NCBI GenBank assembly: GCA_951406725.2
Contig: OX597833.1
Span: forward strand, 70,556,001-70,620,000
Origin: Octopus vulgaris
Taxonomy: Eukaryota
Direction: 5' to 3'
DNA length: 64,000 nucleotides
Shown here: positions 12,639-25,110 of the stretch, piece after piece
How positions within the stretch are numbered: position 1 is the stretch's first letter
How the letters are laid out: each line of letters begins with the position of its first letter
Program-made: the position numbers and the translations under genes
Notes under the pieces: model-generated
The model's input: only the letters and a program-made list of their open reading frames with translations
Told to the model about the DNA's origin: nothing
Database searches by the model: none

Positions 12639-12716
12639 TTAACCCTTTCGTTACCATATTTCTGTTGAGATGCTCTCTGTTTCTTTTAATTACTTTAAAT
12701 ATAACGAAAGGGTTAA
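12639..12716. mobile_element. Minimal internally deleted TTAA MITE
   Basis: TTAACCCTTTCGTTA ... TAACGAAAGGGTTAA perfect 15-bp inverted ends. Interior is homologous to the start of the 12321 element. Confidence 0.8.
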
Positions 12717-13619
12717 AACAGTTTTAATGAAATGGAATGAGTTGGATCTAATAAATATTTTAAAACTATTTCAAACTGAAGCAAAAAAATTATTAAATTT
12801 TGACACATTTATTTTGACAAATCCAGTGTAGACAAAACAAGGAAGATTTGAAAATAGACAACGTTTATGAAGTTTATATATAAACAAGAGTGTGTGTGTG
12901 GATGGGTGGATATATGTTATCATTATTATGATTTGATGTTCGTTTTCCATGCTGTTACATGTTGGAAAGTCTGACAGGAGCTGGAAAACCAAACTCTCCT
13001 GTTTGCTTTGGCATAGTTTCTTACAGCTGGATGCCATAGAAATCTATTTCTTTACTACCCACAAGGGACTAAACACAAAGAGGACAAACAGATTAAGTCG
13101 ATTATATCGACCCCAGTGAGTGATTGGTACTTAATTTATTGACCCCGAAAGGATGAAAGGCAAAGTCGACCTCGGCGGAATTTGAACTCAGATCGTAACG
13201 GCAGACGAAATACCGCTAGGCATTTCGCCCAGCGTGCTAATGGTTCTGCCAGCTCGCCGCCTTAGAAATCATGCCAAAGCCAACCCCTTTACAGAGTGGA
13301 CTGGGTGCTTTTTATGTGGTGCCAGCACCATTGAGGTCACCGAGTACCTTACAGGACAAGGCTCCCCTCGTCTGAGGTGGGTGGGTTAGTATTGAAGGAG
13401 AGGTGGCTCGTGCCAAGTGATGAGAGAGGGGGGAGTTGGTGAAGGTGTGATGGAGTGTACCCTCAAGTTACAGGGTGTCCCTAAGTGAAGTGGTTGGAAA
13501 AAGGAAGAAGGTGAGTAACAATGGTTGCCCACCGAGGGATCCTAAGGCTGCGGGAGGGAAGAAAAATCGTCCGGATAAAACGGAAGAACTTCCGTTTTAT
13601 GGGGAAGAGAAAAATGGGG

Positions 13620-13817
13620 CACTGCCGGTGGTTACTAATACACTGCCGGTGGTTACTAATACACTGCCGGTGGTTACTAATACACTGCCGGTGGTTACTA
13701 ATACACTGCCGGTGGTTACTAATACACTGCCGGTGGTTACTAATACACTGCCGGTGGTTACTAATACACTGCCGGTGGTTACTAATACACTGCCGGTGGT
13801 TACTAATACACTGCCGG
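13620..13817 (+). repeat. 21-bp perfect minisatellite x~9.4 (cactgccggtggttactaata)
   Basis: Direct reading; gives TLPVVTN repeats. Confidence 0.95.
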
Positions 13818-14019
13818 CATGTTCCGAAACCCCGTCGGTGGCAATTGTGCCACCTATGGTGGAAACTGTGGCCTCGCCCTATACAAAGGAGGAATTTGTA
13901 ATTCTATTCCACAAGGGTCAGGGCAAAGAAAATATGATAAATTGCTGTACAAAATATACACAGACACACAGACACACACATAACTGATGGGAGATTCAAT
14001 TGGTTGATGAATAGGAGAA

Positions 14020-14251
14020 AGGTGGCGAGCTGGCAGAAACGTTAGCACGCCGAGCGAAATGCTTAGCGGTATTTCATCCACCGCTGCGTTCTGAGTTCAA
14101 ATTCCACCAAGGTCGACTTTGCTTTTCATCCTTTCGAGGTCGATAAATTAAGTACCAGTTACGTACTGGGGTCGATGTAATCGACTTAATCCGTTCGTCT
14201 GTCCCTGTTTGTCCCCTCTGTGTTTAGCCCCTTGTGGGTAGTAAAGAAATA
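14020..14251 (+). mobile_element. SINE family B (tRNA-derived head, Nin-like central domain); ~10 copies
   Basis: ggcgagctggcagaaacgttagc...gagttcaaattcc (A/B box-like), gcctttcatcctttcggggtcgataaattaagtaccag, tail gtttagccccttgtgggtagtaaagaaat. Also at 3612-3840(-), 4753-4975(-), 11411-11640(-), 13043-13262(-), 31648-31782, 43095-43325(-), 35390-35605, 56528-56730. Confidence 0.85.
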
Positions 14252-14489
14252 GGATAGGAGAAATCTGAACTGAAAGGCAATTTCCATCAATCACCAAATT
14301 CATAAATGATGATGATGATGATGATGATTATCACCATCATCACCATCATCATGTTGATGAAAGTAAAGGCAACGGTGAATGTTTGTGACGATGAAGACGG
14401 TGAGGATGGAGTGGCAGGAGGAATGGGGAAGAGGAGATGATGAATGAAAGATTAGAGCCAATAATGAAGGCAGAAGTAATTGTTATGGG

Positions 14490-15475
14490 GGAGGTGGTGG
14501 TGGTGGTGGTGGATGTGGTGTTGATGATGGTGGTGGTGGTGGTAGTAGTGATGGTGTTGATGATGGTGGTGGTGGTAGTAGTGATGGTGTTGATGATGGT
14601 GGTGGTGGTAGTAGTGATGGTGTTGATGATGGTGGTGGTGGTAGTAGTGATGGTGTTGATGATGGTGGTGGTGGTAGTAGTGATGGTGTTGATGATGGTG
14701 GTGGTGGTAGTAGTGATGGTGTTGATGATGGTGGTGATAGTGATGGTGTTGATGATGGTGGTGGTGGTGATAGTGATGGTGATAGTGGTGATAGTGATGG
14801 TGTTGATGATGGTGGTGGTGGTGATAGTGATGGTGTTGATGATGGTGGTGGTAGTGATGGTGTTGATGATGGTGGTGGTAGTGATGGTGTTGATGATGGT
14901 GGTGGTGGTGATGGTGTTGATGATGGTGGTGGTGGTGATAGTGATGGTGATGGTGGTGATAGTGATGGTGTTGATGATGGTGGTGGTAGTGATGGTGTTG
15001 ATGATGGTGGTGATAGTGATGGTGTTGATGATGGTGGTGGTAGTGATGGTGTTGATGATGGTGGTGGTAGTGTGTTGGTGTTGGTGATGGTGGTGGTGGT
15101 GATAGTGATGGTGTTGATGGTGGTGTGGTAGTGATGGTGTTGATGATGGTGGTGATAGTGATGGTGTTGATGATGGTGGTGGTGGTGATAGTGATGGTGA
15201 TGGTGGTGATAGTGATGGTGTTGATGATGGTGGTGGTAGTGATGGTGATGGTGATGGTGGTGGTGGTGATAGTGATGGTGTTGATGATAGTGGTGATGGT
15301 AGTGGCCTTGGTGATGATGTTTGTGATGATGGTGATGGGGATAGTGAAACTGGTGGTGTTGATAGAGATGATGATGATGATGATGATTGTAGAGGCAATG
15401 ATGGTAATGATTGTGATAATTACATTGGTAGACCGAAGGTGGGTGGGAGGGTGATGATGATGATGATGATGATGA
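14490..15475. repeat. (GAT/GGT)n satellite with 30-33 bp sub-period
   Basis: Direct reading. Confidence 0.95.
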
Positions 15476-15649
15476 AAAGCATAAGGAGATGAAGAATGAG
15501 ATGTCAGCAGTAAATCTCCTCCATTACCATCAAATATAAAAACATGTAGGTGGGGGGGGACGAAGGTGGAGATGAAAGGAAACAGCCTCATGAGTAGGTC
15601 CACTGGTGGGGAGCTGTTGTTGTGTGTACAATGTAATTAATGTCACTAA

Positions 15650-15985
15650 CGAAGAAGAAGGAAGAAGATGGAGGAAGAAGAAGAAGAAGAAGAAGGAGAA
15701 GGAGGAGGGGGGAGGAGGAGAAGAAGAAGAAAAAGAAGAAGGAGAAGGAGGAGGAGAGAAAAAGAAGGAAAAGGAGGAGGAGGAGGAGGAGGAGAGAAGA
15801 AGGAAAAAAAGAAGGAAAAGAAGAGGAGGAGGGGAAGAAGAAGGAAAAGCAGAGGAGGAGAAGAAGAAGGAAAAGAAGAGGAGGAGAAGAAGAAGGAGGA
15901 GGAGAGAAAAAGAAGAAGAGGAGAAGAAGAAGGAAAAGAAGAAGAAGGAAAAGAAGGAGGAGGAGAAGAAGAAGAAGAAGAAACA
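15650..15985. repeat. Polypurine (GAA/GGA)n tract
   Basis: Direct reading. Confidence 0.95.
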
Positions 15986-16075
15986 ACGACATCCATAACA
16001 AAAAGCTTCTATTAATAAATGTTAGCAAGTGTTTAAATGGTGTCTTTGACCCAAGAACCTGTTGTACTCGCTCAC

Positions 16076-16154
16076 CTGTGACTGCTCGGTCAGCCTCTGT
16101 TGTTCGGCAGCTTGGTACTCCAAAACATAATTAGTCCTCTCCTCTGCGGAATAA
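16076..16154 (-). CDS. TDRD9: TDRD9 coding exon 2 ((S)YSAEERTNYVLEYQAAEQQRLTEQSQ); not in ORF track
   Basis: Acceptor tttcag| and donor CAG|GTGAG. 79 nt converts phase 2 to phase 0 exactly as required, with no stops. YVLEYQAAE resembles the conserved TDRD9 Y-x-x-x-Y-x-x-x-E segment. Confidence 0.8.
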
Positions 16155-16500
16155 CTGAAATTTAAAAAATGAAAAAGTCCGTCATGGGTCGATGTTTGCT
16201 GATGGTGAATGAGAACAGACTATATATTAGTCCCCTTTCTCCTGGGTGGTTGATGTTAGGAAGGGCATCCAGCCATAAAAACCCTGACAAAAGAGACACA
16301 GAAGTCTGGTGCTGGCTTCTGCCTGGCCGGCCCCTATCAAACTGTCCCACCCATGCCAGCATGAAGGGCAGATGTTATACGATTAAATTATAAGGCATGA
16401 AAAGAGAATGACTCTCTCCAGACACAACAGAATATGCTTCAACAAAGGAACTCATATAAAGAATCTTGCAAACCAAATCCAAAAACGAAATATATACATA

Positions 16501-17013
16501 CCGTAAATCCTTGAGTATAATCCGCATTTTTTCCCCAAAATTTAAAGGTCAAAATCCCTAATGCATACTATATACAAGGTTTAAAATGAAAAATAGTTTC
16601 TAAGCAATGTCCGAGTCTCTATTTGCTGTCCGGCAATTTTTATTCAGATGCATTTTGTGATGTCGGGCACGAAAATACCTTAAGCTAAGCCTGAAAGCAA
16701 TGAAGTCATAAAAGAATCATCTATAACATGCAGTAAGCAACATTTATTAAATGTTATTACTGTTATTTCTTTATTTTCTGCAAACAAAATGCACAAAAAA
16801 AGCTACACGTTTGCATTATGTTATATATACAATAATAATAAAGGACATTAGTGTATACATTTTTACAAACCAAGGATGTTATATAGACCTCCTTGACTCA
16901 AGTTAGAGAAGGGGTGTGTATTATATACAAGGTTTAGGTTTTTCAGAGGTACAGCCCCCTAAAAATCCCCTGCACATTATACTCAAGGGCAGACTATACT
17001 CGAGGATTTACGG
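16501..17013. mobile_element. Tc1/mariner (pogo/Tigger-like) MITE
   Basis: TIRs CCGTAAATCCTTGAGTATA / TATACTCGAGGATTTACGG with TA on both sides. Confidence 0.85.
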
Positions 17014-18164
17014 TATATAAGCATACACCAATGTTGGAGCTTGGCACAGTCATTTGGCTTACCAATTCTTGTCAAACCAATCAACCCATACCAGCATGGA
17101 AGGCAGACATATGATGGCTGTGTGGTAAGTAGCTTGTTTACCAACCACATGGTTCCGGGTTCAGTCCCACTGCGTGGCACCTTGGTCAAGTGTCTTCTAC
17201 TATAGTCTCGGGCCGACCAAAGCCTTGTGAGTGGATTTGGTAGACGGAAATTGAAAGAAGCCCGTTGTATATATGTATATATATATGTATGCGTGTGTGT
17301 CTGTGTTTGTCCCCCTAGCATTGCTTGACAACCGATGCTGGTGTGTTTATGTGCCCGTCACTTAGCGGTTCGGCAATAGAGACCGATAGAATAAGTACTG
17401 GGCTTACAAAAGAATAAGTCCCGGGGTTGAGTTGCTCGATTAAAGGCGGTGCTCCAGCATGGCCGCAGTCAAATGACTGAAACAAGTAAAAGAGTAAAAG
17501 AGTATATAATCAAATGTTACAGGTTTTGAAAAGGAAAAAAGATAAACCTATTTATCTCACCTTCACCTTCCAAATATTAATCTGCTGCTTACAGAATTTT
17601 TAGAAGATAAAAGTTAAAAACTTGAAAAGCTGATTATAGTTCCTAACCCTGTAAACCAACAAGTTTACCAAAATACACACATCAGAATCCTTTCTACCAA
17701 TTTTAGCATGAAACTCAGGCTACTTTACAAATTTTCTTATAGGAGATGAAAGTGGTGGTGGTGGTGGTGGTGGGGGTACTTTGAAAATTTTGAAAAGTTT
17801 TATCAATATATATATATATATATATATATATGAAAGTTTTTGCAGTAAAGAATGCTATCTTTGTGCTTTGGAGCATTTCTGAATTCTGATAAAGTAGGGC
17901 AGCGAGAAGCTGCAACCCAAACTGGCATCAACTTGTTTGAAATATAAATCATAAGAGAGAGAGAGAAAGTAACAGTAATAGAAATGGTAAAAGAAGATAT
18001 GAAGGAACAGAGTGAGTGAAAGAGAGAGTGTGTGTGTGTGTTTGCATGCATCATCATCATCATTTTAATGTCTACTTTTCGATGCTTGCATGTGTGGGGT
18101 GAAGTTTATCGAGGCAGCCCTTTCTGTTATCCACCCTCTCCTGTTTCAATGCAAAATAATATTT

Positions 18165-18541
18165 GCCAGACATGCCGGTGGCACGTAAAAAGCACCATCC
18201 GATCGTGGCCGTTTGCCAGCCTCGCCTGGTCCCCGTGCTGGTGGCACGTAAAAAGCACCATCCGATCGTGGCCGTTTGCCAGCCTCGCCTGGCCCCCATG
18301 CCGGTGGCACGTAAAAAGCACCATCCGTTCGTGGCTGTTTACCAGCCACGTCTGGCACCTGTGCCGGTGGCACATAAAAAGCACCCACTACACTCACGGA
18401 GTGGTTGGCATTAGGAAGGACATCCAACCGTAGAAACATTGCCAGATCAGACTGGGCCTGGTGCAGCCTTCTGGCTTTCCAGCCCCCAGTTAAATCGTCC
18501 AACCCATGCCAGCATGGAAAACGGACATTAAACAATGATGA
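18165..18541 (+). mobile_element. Family A copy with 3-4 tandem modules
   Basis: Repeated gtgccggtggcacgtaaaaagcaccatccg units, then the common 3' core. Confidence 0.85.
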
Positions 18542-18729
18542 TTCGCCATGATAGATCGGTAGCCACTAAACCTTTTCTACTTTCTCTCTCTGTTTATTTC
18601 TGTGTTCTTTCCTATCGAAGAGCATAAGCTCAAAACATAAAAGACTTTCTCACTTCTCGAGTTTTAAACTAATACATCTGTTTGTTGTTTACACACCTGT
18701 CTACATCTTTTGTTTTTTTTTGTAGATTC

Positions 18730-18769
<40 letters not shown>

Positions 18770-18963
18770 CACACACACAAATGCATAAGCACACGGGTGC
18801 AAAACAAGGTAGAGAAAACAGTACTCAAATCCCAAAGGCAGAGCAATATATGATTTCATTAAAACTTTAAAAATTCATCACAAACTGTAACCCAGAGTTT
18901 CACATGACCGTCTGTTAGAAAGTTGTGATAATATAGAATAACTAAATTAGGTGAGTATATATA

Positions 18964-19261
18964 TCTTTATATATAAAACTGAAGTTGTGTGTGTGAGAGT
19001 CTGTCTCCTACGATTTAGATTCCTAACTACTCCCACATTTTGCGGTGCAGTTTAACCAAAACCGGGTATCTTATAGTCGTGATTCATATCAAGCCCTTCT
19101 GGGTATTAGCGCGCATCTACGATGAGTCTACGATTTAAAAATAAAATTTACCATCATTTTTTCGCATTTTTTGCTCGGTTTATATAAGGGAAGTGACTAT
19201 CTAAAATGCTTATATAGTTATTTCCCTTACAAACCCGAGCAACGCCGGGCGATACTGCAAG
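18964..19261 (+). mobile_element. Non-autonomous Helitron
   Basis: Starts TC after A (tctttatatataaaactg). Ends with hairpin CCCGagcaacgcCGGG then ctgCAAG (CTAG-like) before T. Confidence 0.65.
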
Positions 19262-20269
19262 TTATATATATATACTCATTTGTCTGGCCATCAACCTGGG
19301 GGGGGGGGGATACACACACTCAGCCATTGCTTGCTGTCTATGATCATCCATGAGTTGGATGGGTTGTCACAATCCCAAACCATTCTTTTTCAAAATTAAT
19401 GCTCACTTCGCCAGTAACTCCAACACCTAATCTTGTTCATTATGTCATATTTTTTAAATGGTTCCTACAACTGGACACCCTCTGACCCCAATACCAATCA
19501 CTTTAGCCATTTGAGTCAATGTCCAACACAGGATGGACTGAGGTATTTCCAACAATACACAGAACAGAAACCCACCATGTTGGATTATCACAGACATCCA
19601 AATCCAAATCCAAATCAAATTCAATGACTGGTGTCCGTGCTAGTGGAGCGCAAAGAGCACCATCCGAGTGTGATCATTGACAGAGCAGCTAACCAGCTTC
19701 TGTGCCAGTGGCACATAAAAGGCACCATTCGAGTGTGATCATTACCAACATCGCCTTACTGGCACCTGTGCCGGTGGCATGTGTAAAAAGATTCGAGCGA
19801 GATTGTTGCCAGTACTGCCTGACTGGCCCCATGCCAGTGGCACGTAAAAAGCACCCACTACACTCTCAGAGTGGTTGACGTTAGGAAGGGCATCCAGCTG
19901 TAAAAACACTGCCAGATCAAGATTGGAGCCTGGTGCAGCCATCTGGTTCGCCAGTCCTCAGTCAAATCGTCCAACCCATGCTAGCATGGAAAGCAGACGT
20001 TAAACAATGATGATGATCCAACAAGACATCATCAATCAATCATAATTCCAACAGCAGACAACAGATATACAAGGAACAAGTATCTCACTGTCTCACCTTA
20101 ACTGACTAGTGAAGGCACGTGGTTTTAGCCCGCGCTTTTTCTAAACGACCGTCACCTGTCAGTCAGCAAAGCTGATTCAGTCGGCTTGTCTCACCTAATG
20201 ATGTTATTTCCCGTCGGCGTGTTTATGACAGATGTCCAAGTGCTTTAAACACTAAAGACACATGAGGAA

Positions 20270-20560
20270 AGATTCTCTTCAAAAGTTCAGAAGGGTCCCT
20301 AGAAGTAGCAGGCAGTTTCTGTTACTTGGGTGACCCAATTAGTAAAGGTGGAGAATGTTCTGAAAACATATTGTATGGAGAACAAGCTGGAGAAAGTTAG
20401 GGAGATATTAATTCTGTTGGTAACAACAGCCTCTCTCTCTCTCTGAAAAGTGGAAGGCAGACAGCATGATGGTTGTGTAAAGACTGCAGTACTACATAGT
20501 AGTGAGACATGAGCCCTGAATGGAGAGGACTTGCAAAAAGAATAGAAAGAACTACAGCTA
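20270..20560 (+). mobile_element. Decayed RTE-clade LINE RT C-terminal fragment
   Basis: Translates to SLEVAGSFCYLGDPISKGGECSE...W.K..EILILL. Confidence 0.65.
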
Positions 20561-22466
20561 GCATGCTCCACTTATCCTCATCCTTTAGCATCAATTTTCT
20601 ATGCTGGCATGGGTTGGAGAGTTTAACAGGAGCTGGCAAGGCCAGAGAGCTGCACCAAGCTCTATTGTCTATTTTGGCATGGTTTCTATGGCCGGATGCC
20701 CTTCCTAATGCCAGCCACTTTACAGAGTGCTTTTTATGTGGACCAACACAGGTGTTGTTTTCAAAGTGGTGCCAGCACAGGTACTTTTTTTGAGTGTTTT
20801 TACATGGCACCAGCACCTGTGGTGTTGCCAATTAGTTTGCAAGGCAAGGACCTCTCAGCTGAGAAAGGAAACAGAATCAAGATTTCCTTAGCATTCTAAC
20901 CTTCTGATTACCCTGTCACATGTAAAGCCTATCTATTCTCATTGTTATGAATCAATCATGCATTATCTTATGGCTTCAACTTTTCAATCAGGCCAAATTG
21001 AACTTCCTTGGTCAATAAAACAATCATGTTGCAGGTTGATTAGATTGTGGGACCCTTCCTAAAAATGTTTAGTCTTGAAAAAAAAAAGGAAAAAAAAATC
21101 AATGTTTATTTTAGTAGTCTACCCTTTTATTCCAAGTCATACTTATGGGGTCGCGGGCCAAGAGGCAGTTTTCAGTCACATCACGATTGATTGATGATGT
21201 CTTGTTGGATGTCTGTGATAATCCAACATGGTGGATTTCTGTTCTGTGTATTGTTGGAAATACCTCAGTCCATCCTGTGTTGGACTTCTCAGCTGAGAAA
21301 GGAAACAGAATCAAGATTCCCTTAGCATTCTAACCATCTGATTACCCCGTCACCTGTAAAGCCTATTTATTCTTATCGTTATCAATCAATCATGCATTAT
21401 CTTATGGCTTCAACTTTTCCATGATGTGACTGCTTATTTTTAGAATAGCGTAGTAGGATAAGTGTGGGAGATAACATCTCGTCAATTTGAACATAAAAGT
21501 GGGAGAATATTTGGGGCAAATAAGGCCAGTTTCAATGCAAACGGATTAAGCTGAGCTCTAGGTTTTAGATATCAGCAAAGCACTGGACAAAATGCCTTGC
21601 AGAATCTAGTTTCGGCCCCTTCTGTCTTTAAATTCCAATCAGGCCAAATTGGACTTCCTTGGTCAATAAAACAGCCATGTTGCAGGTTGATTAAATTGTG
21701 GGACCCTTCCTAAAAATGTTTAGACTTGAAAAAAAAAGAAAAAAATCAATGTTTATTTTAGTAGTCTACCCTTTTATTCCAAGTCATACTCATGGAGTCG
21801 CGGGCCGAGAGGCAGTTTTCAGTCACATCCCCTCGCATTCTGAGTTCTAATCTAGCAGAAGTCAGCTTTGTCTTTCATCTTACCAAGGTCGATAAAATAA
21901 GCAGCAGGGAAGTATTGGAGAGGGGTCAATGTAATCGATTACAGTCCTGAAAGAGTCACAGACCAATAATGGAACTTGTATAAGAGTAGAATTTACTACA
22001 TTATTTCAGCAGGTGTCTATTGGCCAATAAACTTATTACTATTTCATTTCCTCATGTTATATGAACTTAGTATATACGGTGAATACAGCAAAAATTCCAA
22101 CCCAGGAGAATTTAATCTCTAGGTATGTTTAGTTCGACTAACATTCGTGCATTATTTTAACTTTATTATAACCCCTTAAGTCCTGATTCCAAGATAACTC
22201 GTGGTGCAAAATACGAGCTAGGGACCAACTAGCTTAAAATTTATCATTATTTATTACCATCTTCGATTTATTAATCACTCTATGAAATTACATCTGATGT
22301 TAGTAGCACACCAGTAAATCACAACAGTAAATATAAAGACAGTCTCAAACATGTCAAAACAAAATTAGTGAAACTTTACATGGCAACTACCTATAACCAT
22401 CAAATTCAACAGGAAGACTTTTTTTTATTTATTTCATGAGAAATAAAAAATATTGCATCACGGATT

Positions 22467-22517
22467 TTTGTCAGTGAAGAGGTCGCGGTCTTAAAGCGAC
22501 GAAAATATTTTGACAAA
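22467..22517 (+). ncRNA. Variant hammerhead motif (G3 core, extra G after A9)
   Basis: TTTGTCA-GTGAAGA-g-GTCGC-ggtcttaaa-GCGAC-GAAA-ATAT-TT-TGACAAA. Perfect 7-bp stem I, 5-bp stem II, palindromic stem III. Confidence 0.6.
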
Positions 22518-23133
22518 TTAAACTTAAATGTTGGAAGTGAATCGAACGGCTTTTGTTGTGTTTCTAAAATGGCTTACAAACACCTTCCACGCTGCAAAAA
22601 AATATATAAGATTTCATTAATTAATTTGTAATTAATGATGACGGAAGTGAAAAAAAAAAAACAGAACACTTTGGTCGAGAAACAGTTTACAATTTCGAGG
22701 AATATGTTTGAAGTTAAGAAAAAATATTTCGAATGTTTTAAGCCCGGAAACTGCGAACGTACTTTCTTTTTATATTTATTAATTAATATAATAAATAAAA
22801 ATTATAGGTAAATAACAAAAAGGCTGGTATTAAGTTTTGTATTTTTCTGTTCTATAATCTAAATAACATTGTGTTTTTTTAATGGACCTCGATAAGAAGT
22901 TTTTACTTTCGATATCATTTTGTGGGAAGAAAATAAAGGTTCGTGGGTGAGGTTTAGCTGCTATCTTTAGCAAAGTGGTTGCGCCGCCTCTTCCCCCCTC
23001 CACCACCACCCCTTATGTATTATTTCGTCTACAGAGTATTTGGTAACGAAGAAAAGTCCGTTTAATTACGTTTTAATTAGCCTTCTTTCGCCTTTTAATA
23101 AGTCTTAGGTATTTATTCTATTCTTCTTCTTAC

Positions 23134-23327
23134 CTTTGATGTGGTGGAACCATCGAAGGAGGACTTTCCACTGGCGTTAAAGATTTCCGATCTAAAGCTT
23201 TGCCACAGGTTTTACTCTTGACAACAGTTTTAATCTGTGTCTTGGATTTGGAAAGGTTTCCTTTAAGCCAGTCATCGTAGTGGTCCAAGGTTAGATCTGG
23301 GGTGAGGAAATTCGTGTTTACTGCCAT
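23134..23327 (-). CDS. TDRD9: TDRD9/spindle-E coding exon 1 (MAVNTNFLTPDLTLDHYDDWLK...PPHQ)
   Basis: ATG at 23327 in gcgATGG context. Donor AG|GTAAG at 23134/23133; 194 nt, phase 2. LTLDHYDDWL resembles the TDRD9 N-terminus (LTIEQINDWF-like). Phase fits the next exon. Confidence 0.8.
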
Positions 23328-23410
23328 CGCGGACCAAAAGCCATGCGAGGACTATTATTGACATCAGCCGACCATTTCCAGCCACACTTTCGTAGTTCCA
23401 CTTACTTACA
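23328..23410 (-). promoter_or_regulatory. Putative TDRD9 5'UTR/core promoter
   Basis: Short CpG-containing stretch upstream of the ATG with GGAACTACGA and AAATGG motifs. Positional inference only. Confidence 0.35.
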
Positions 23411-23866
23411 TACACTTTCCTATTTAGTATCGTTTTAAATATATATGCATAAATAGATATATGGATTATTCGTAATGATATTTTCTGGGGTGTTTCGAGC
23501 CGTTATAACCAGCTCGGGAATAAATGTGTTTTTTAACCACTCGCATATCCGTGTAAATAGTTTCACTTTTCCGGTGAGGTCAGCTTTGCCTTTCATTCTT
23601 TCGGTGTCGATGAAATAAAGTATCCGCTTAAACACTTGGTCAATGTAACCGACTTGACCTCTTTTACTCTTTTGCCTGTTTCAGTCATTTGACTGCGGCC
23701 ATGCTGGAGCACCGCCTTTAATCGAGCAACTCGACCTATTCTTTTGTAAGCCCAGTACTTATTCTATCGGTCTCTTTTGTCGAACCGCTAAGTAACGGGG
23801 ACATAAACACACCAGCATCAGTTGTCAAGCAATGCTAGGGGGACAAACACAGACGCACAAACATAT

Positions 23867-23909
<43 letters not shown>

Positions 23910-24594
23910 TACGACAGACTTCTTTCAGTTTCCGTCTACCAAATCCACTCACAAGGCTTTGGTCGGCCCGAGGCTATAGTAGAAGACACTTGCCCAAGGT
24001 GCCACGCAGTGCGACTGAACCCAGACCCATGTGGTTGATAAGCAAGCTACTTACCACACAGCCACTCCTGCTCCTGCGCCCTTAAAATTACTGGCCTTGT
24101 GTCAAACTTGGAAACCATTATTATTGTTGATGTTGTTGTTGTTGTTGTTGTGGTGGTGGTGGTGGTGGTAACAAAAAAGTTAAGGGTGATAGGAGGAGCA
24201 GAGGTAGTTGGGCCGGGTATATTTGGGGAAAGGGTCTGCCGTTAACTAGTTGAGAATCATAGAAGCCAAGACAGTAATGGCAGAAGAGGCAAAGAATAGA
24301 ATGATGTCTGGTGTAAATGGTGAATGAGTCTTCAACAACCAGACAGATGACCTTCTTTTGGATGTAGTCTTAGATTGACATAGTAAGCCATTGTTAGTGG
24401 CTTTTATTTGAGCTTTGTAGAGATTGCAGTAACCGAAGAGGACTGAAGCATTTTCTGCCTAGAAGAGAAACACAAAGTTTTTGAGTTGAATAATAAATGA
24501 AATAAGAAATGAGGAAAGCTTTGACAATGCAGAAAGTTTTAAAATGTTTGACAGAGTGTAAGCACCTTGAGAGAAAAGCTAGGCAAAAGAGGCA

Positions 24595-24835
24595 TCAGAT
24601 GTGGTGTGCAAGAGAGGCAACTGTGATGGTATGGTCATGTGATGTGTATGGATGAGGACAGCTGTGTAAAGAAGTGCCAATTTCTAGCTGTGGAGGGAAC
24701 CTGTGGTAGAGGTAGACCCAGGAAGACATTGGATGAGGTGGTGAAGCATGATCTTTGAATTTTGGGCCTCGCAGAGGCAATGACTAGTGACTGAGACCTT
24801 TGGAGATATGTTGTGCTTGAGAAGACCATTCAAGC
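24595..24835 (+). mobile_element. RTE LINE 3' end fragment
   Basis: WYGHVMCMDEDSCVKKCQFLAVEGTCGRGRPRKT in a plus frame. Similar remnant at 59330-59515. Confidence 0.75.
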
Positions 24836-24921
24836 CAAGTGAAATTATAGTTTATATTTCGGGTGCAAAAGCCCGTCTTCAGAAAGATACAGCCAAAGGA
24901 ATATATACTTCCATAGATTTT

Positions 24922-25110
24922 GCCATTTTGGCTAACTGTATGGGCAGTGACCCCATTTTGGCTAACTGTAAGGGCAGTGACCCCATTTTGGCTAACTGTA
25001 AGGGCAGTGACCCCATTTTGGCTATTTGTAAGGGCAGTGACCCCATTTGGGCTATTTGTAAGGGCAGTGACCCCATTTTGGCTAACTGTAAGGGCAGTGA
25101 CCCCATTTTA
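24922..25110. repeat. 30-bp minisatellite x~6 (ccattttggctaactgtaagggcagtgacc)
   Basis: Direct reading. Confidence 0.95.

Noticed and set aside
14349-16134. Long low-complexity ORFs (also 46855-47466, 48030-48590, 26618-27079, 51892-52555)
   Set aside because: Microsatellite translations with no domain content.
18175-18380. Family A module as an HDV-like, pistol or twister ribozyme
   Set aside because: Only superficial motif similarity (CCAGCCTCGCCTGG; hairpin followed by TAAA). I could not build the required P1/P2/P3/P1.1 or pistol P2/P3 pairings.
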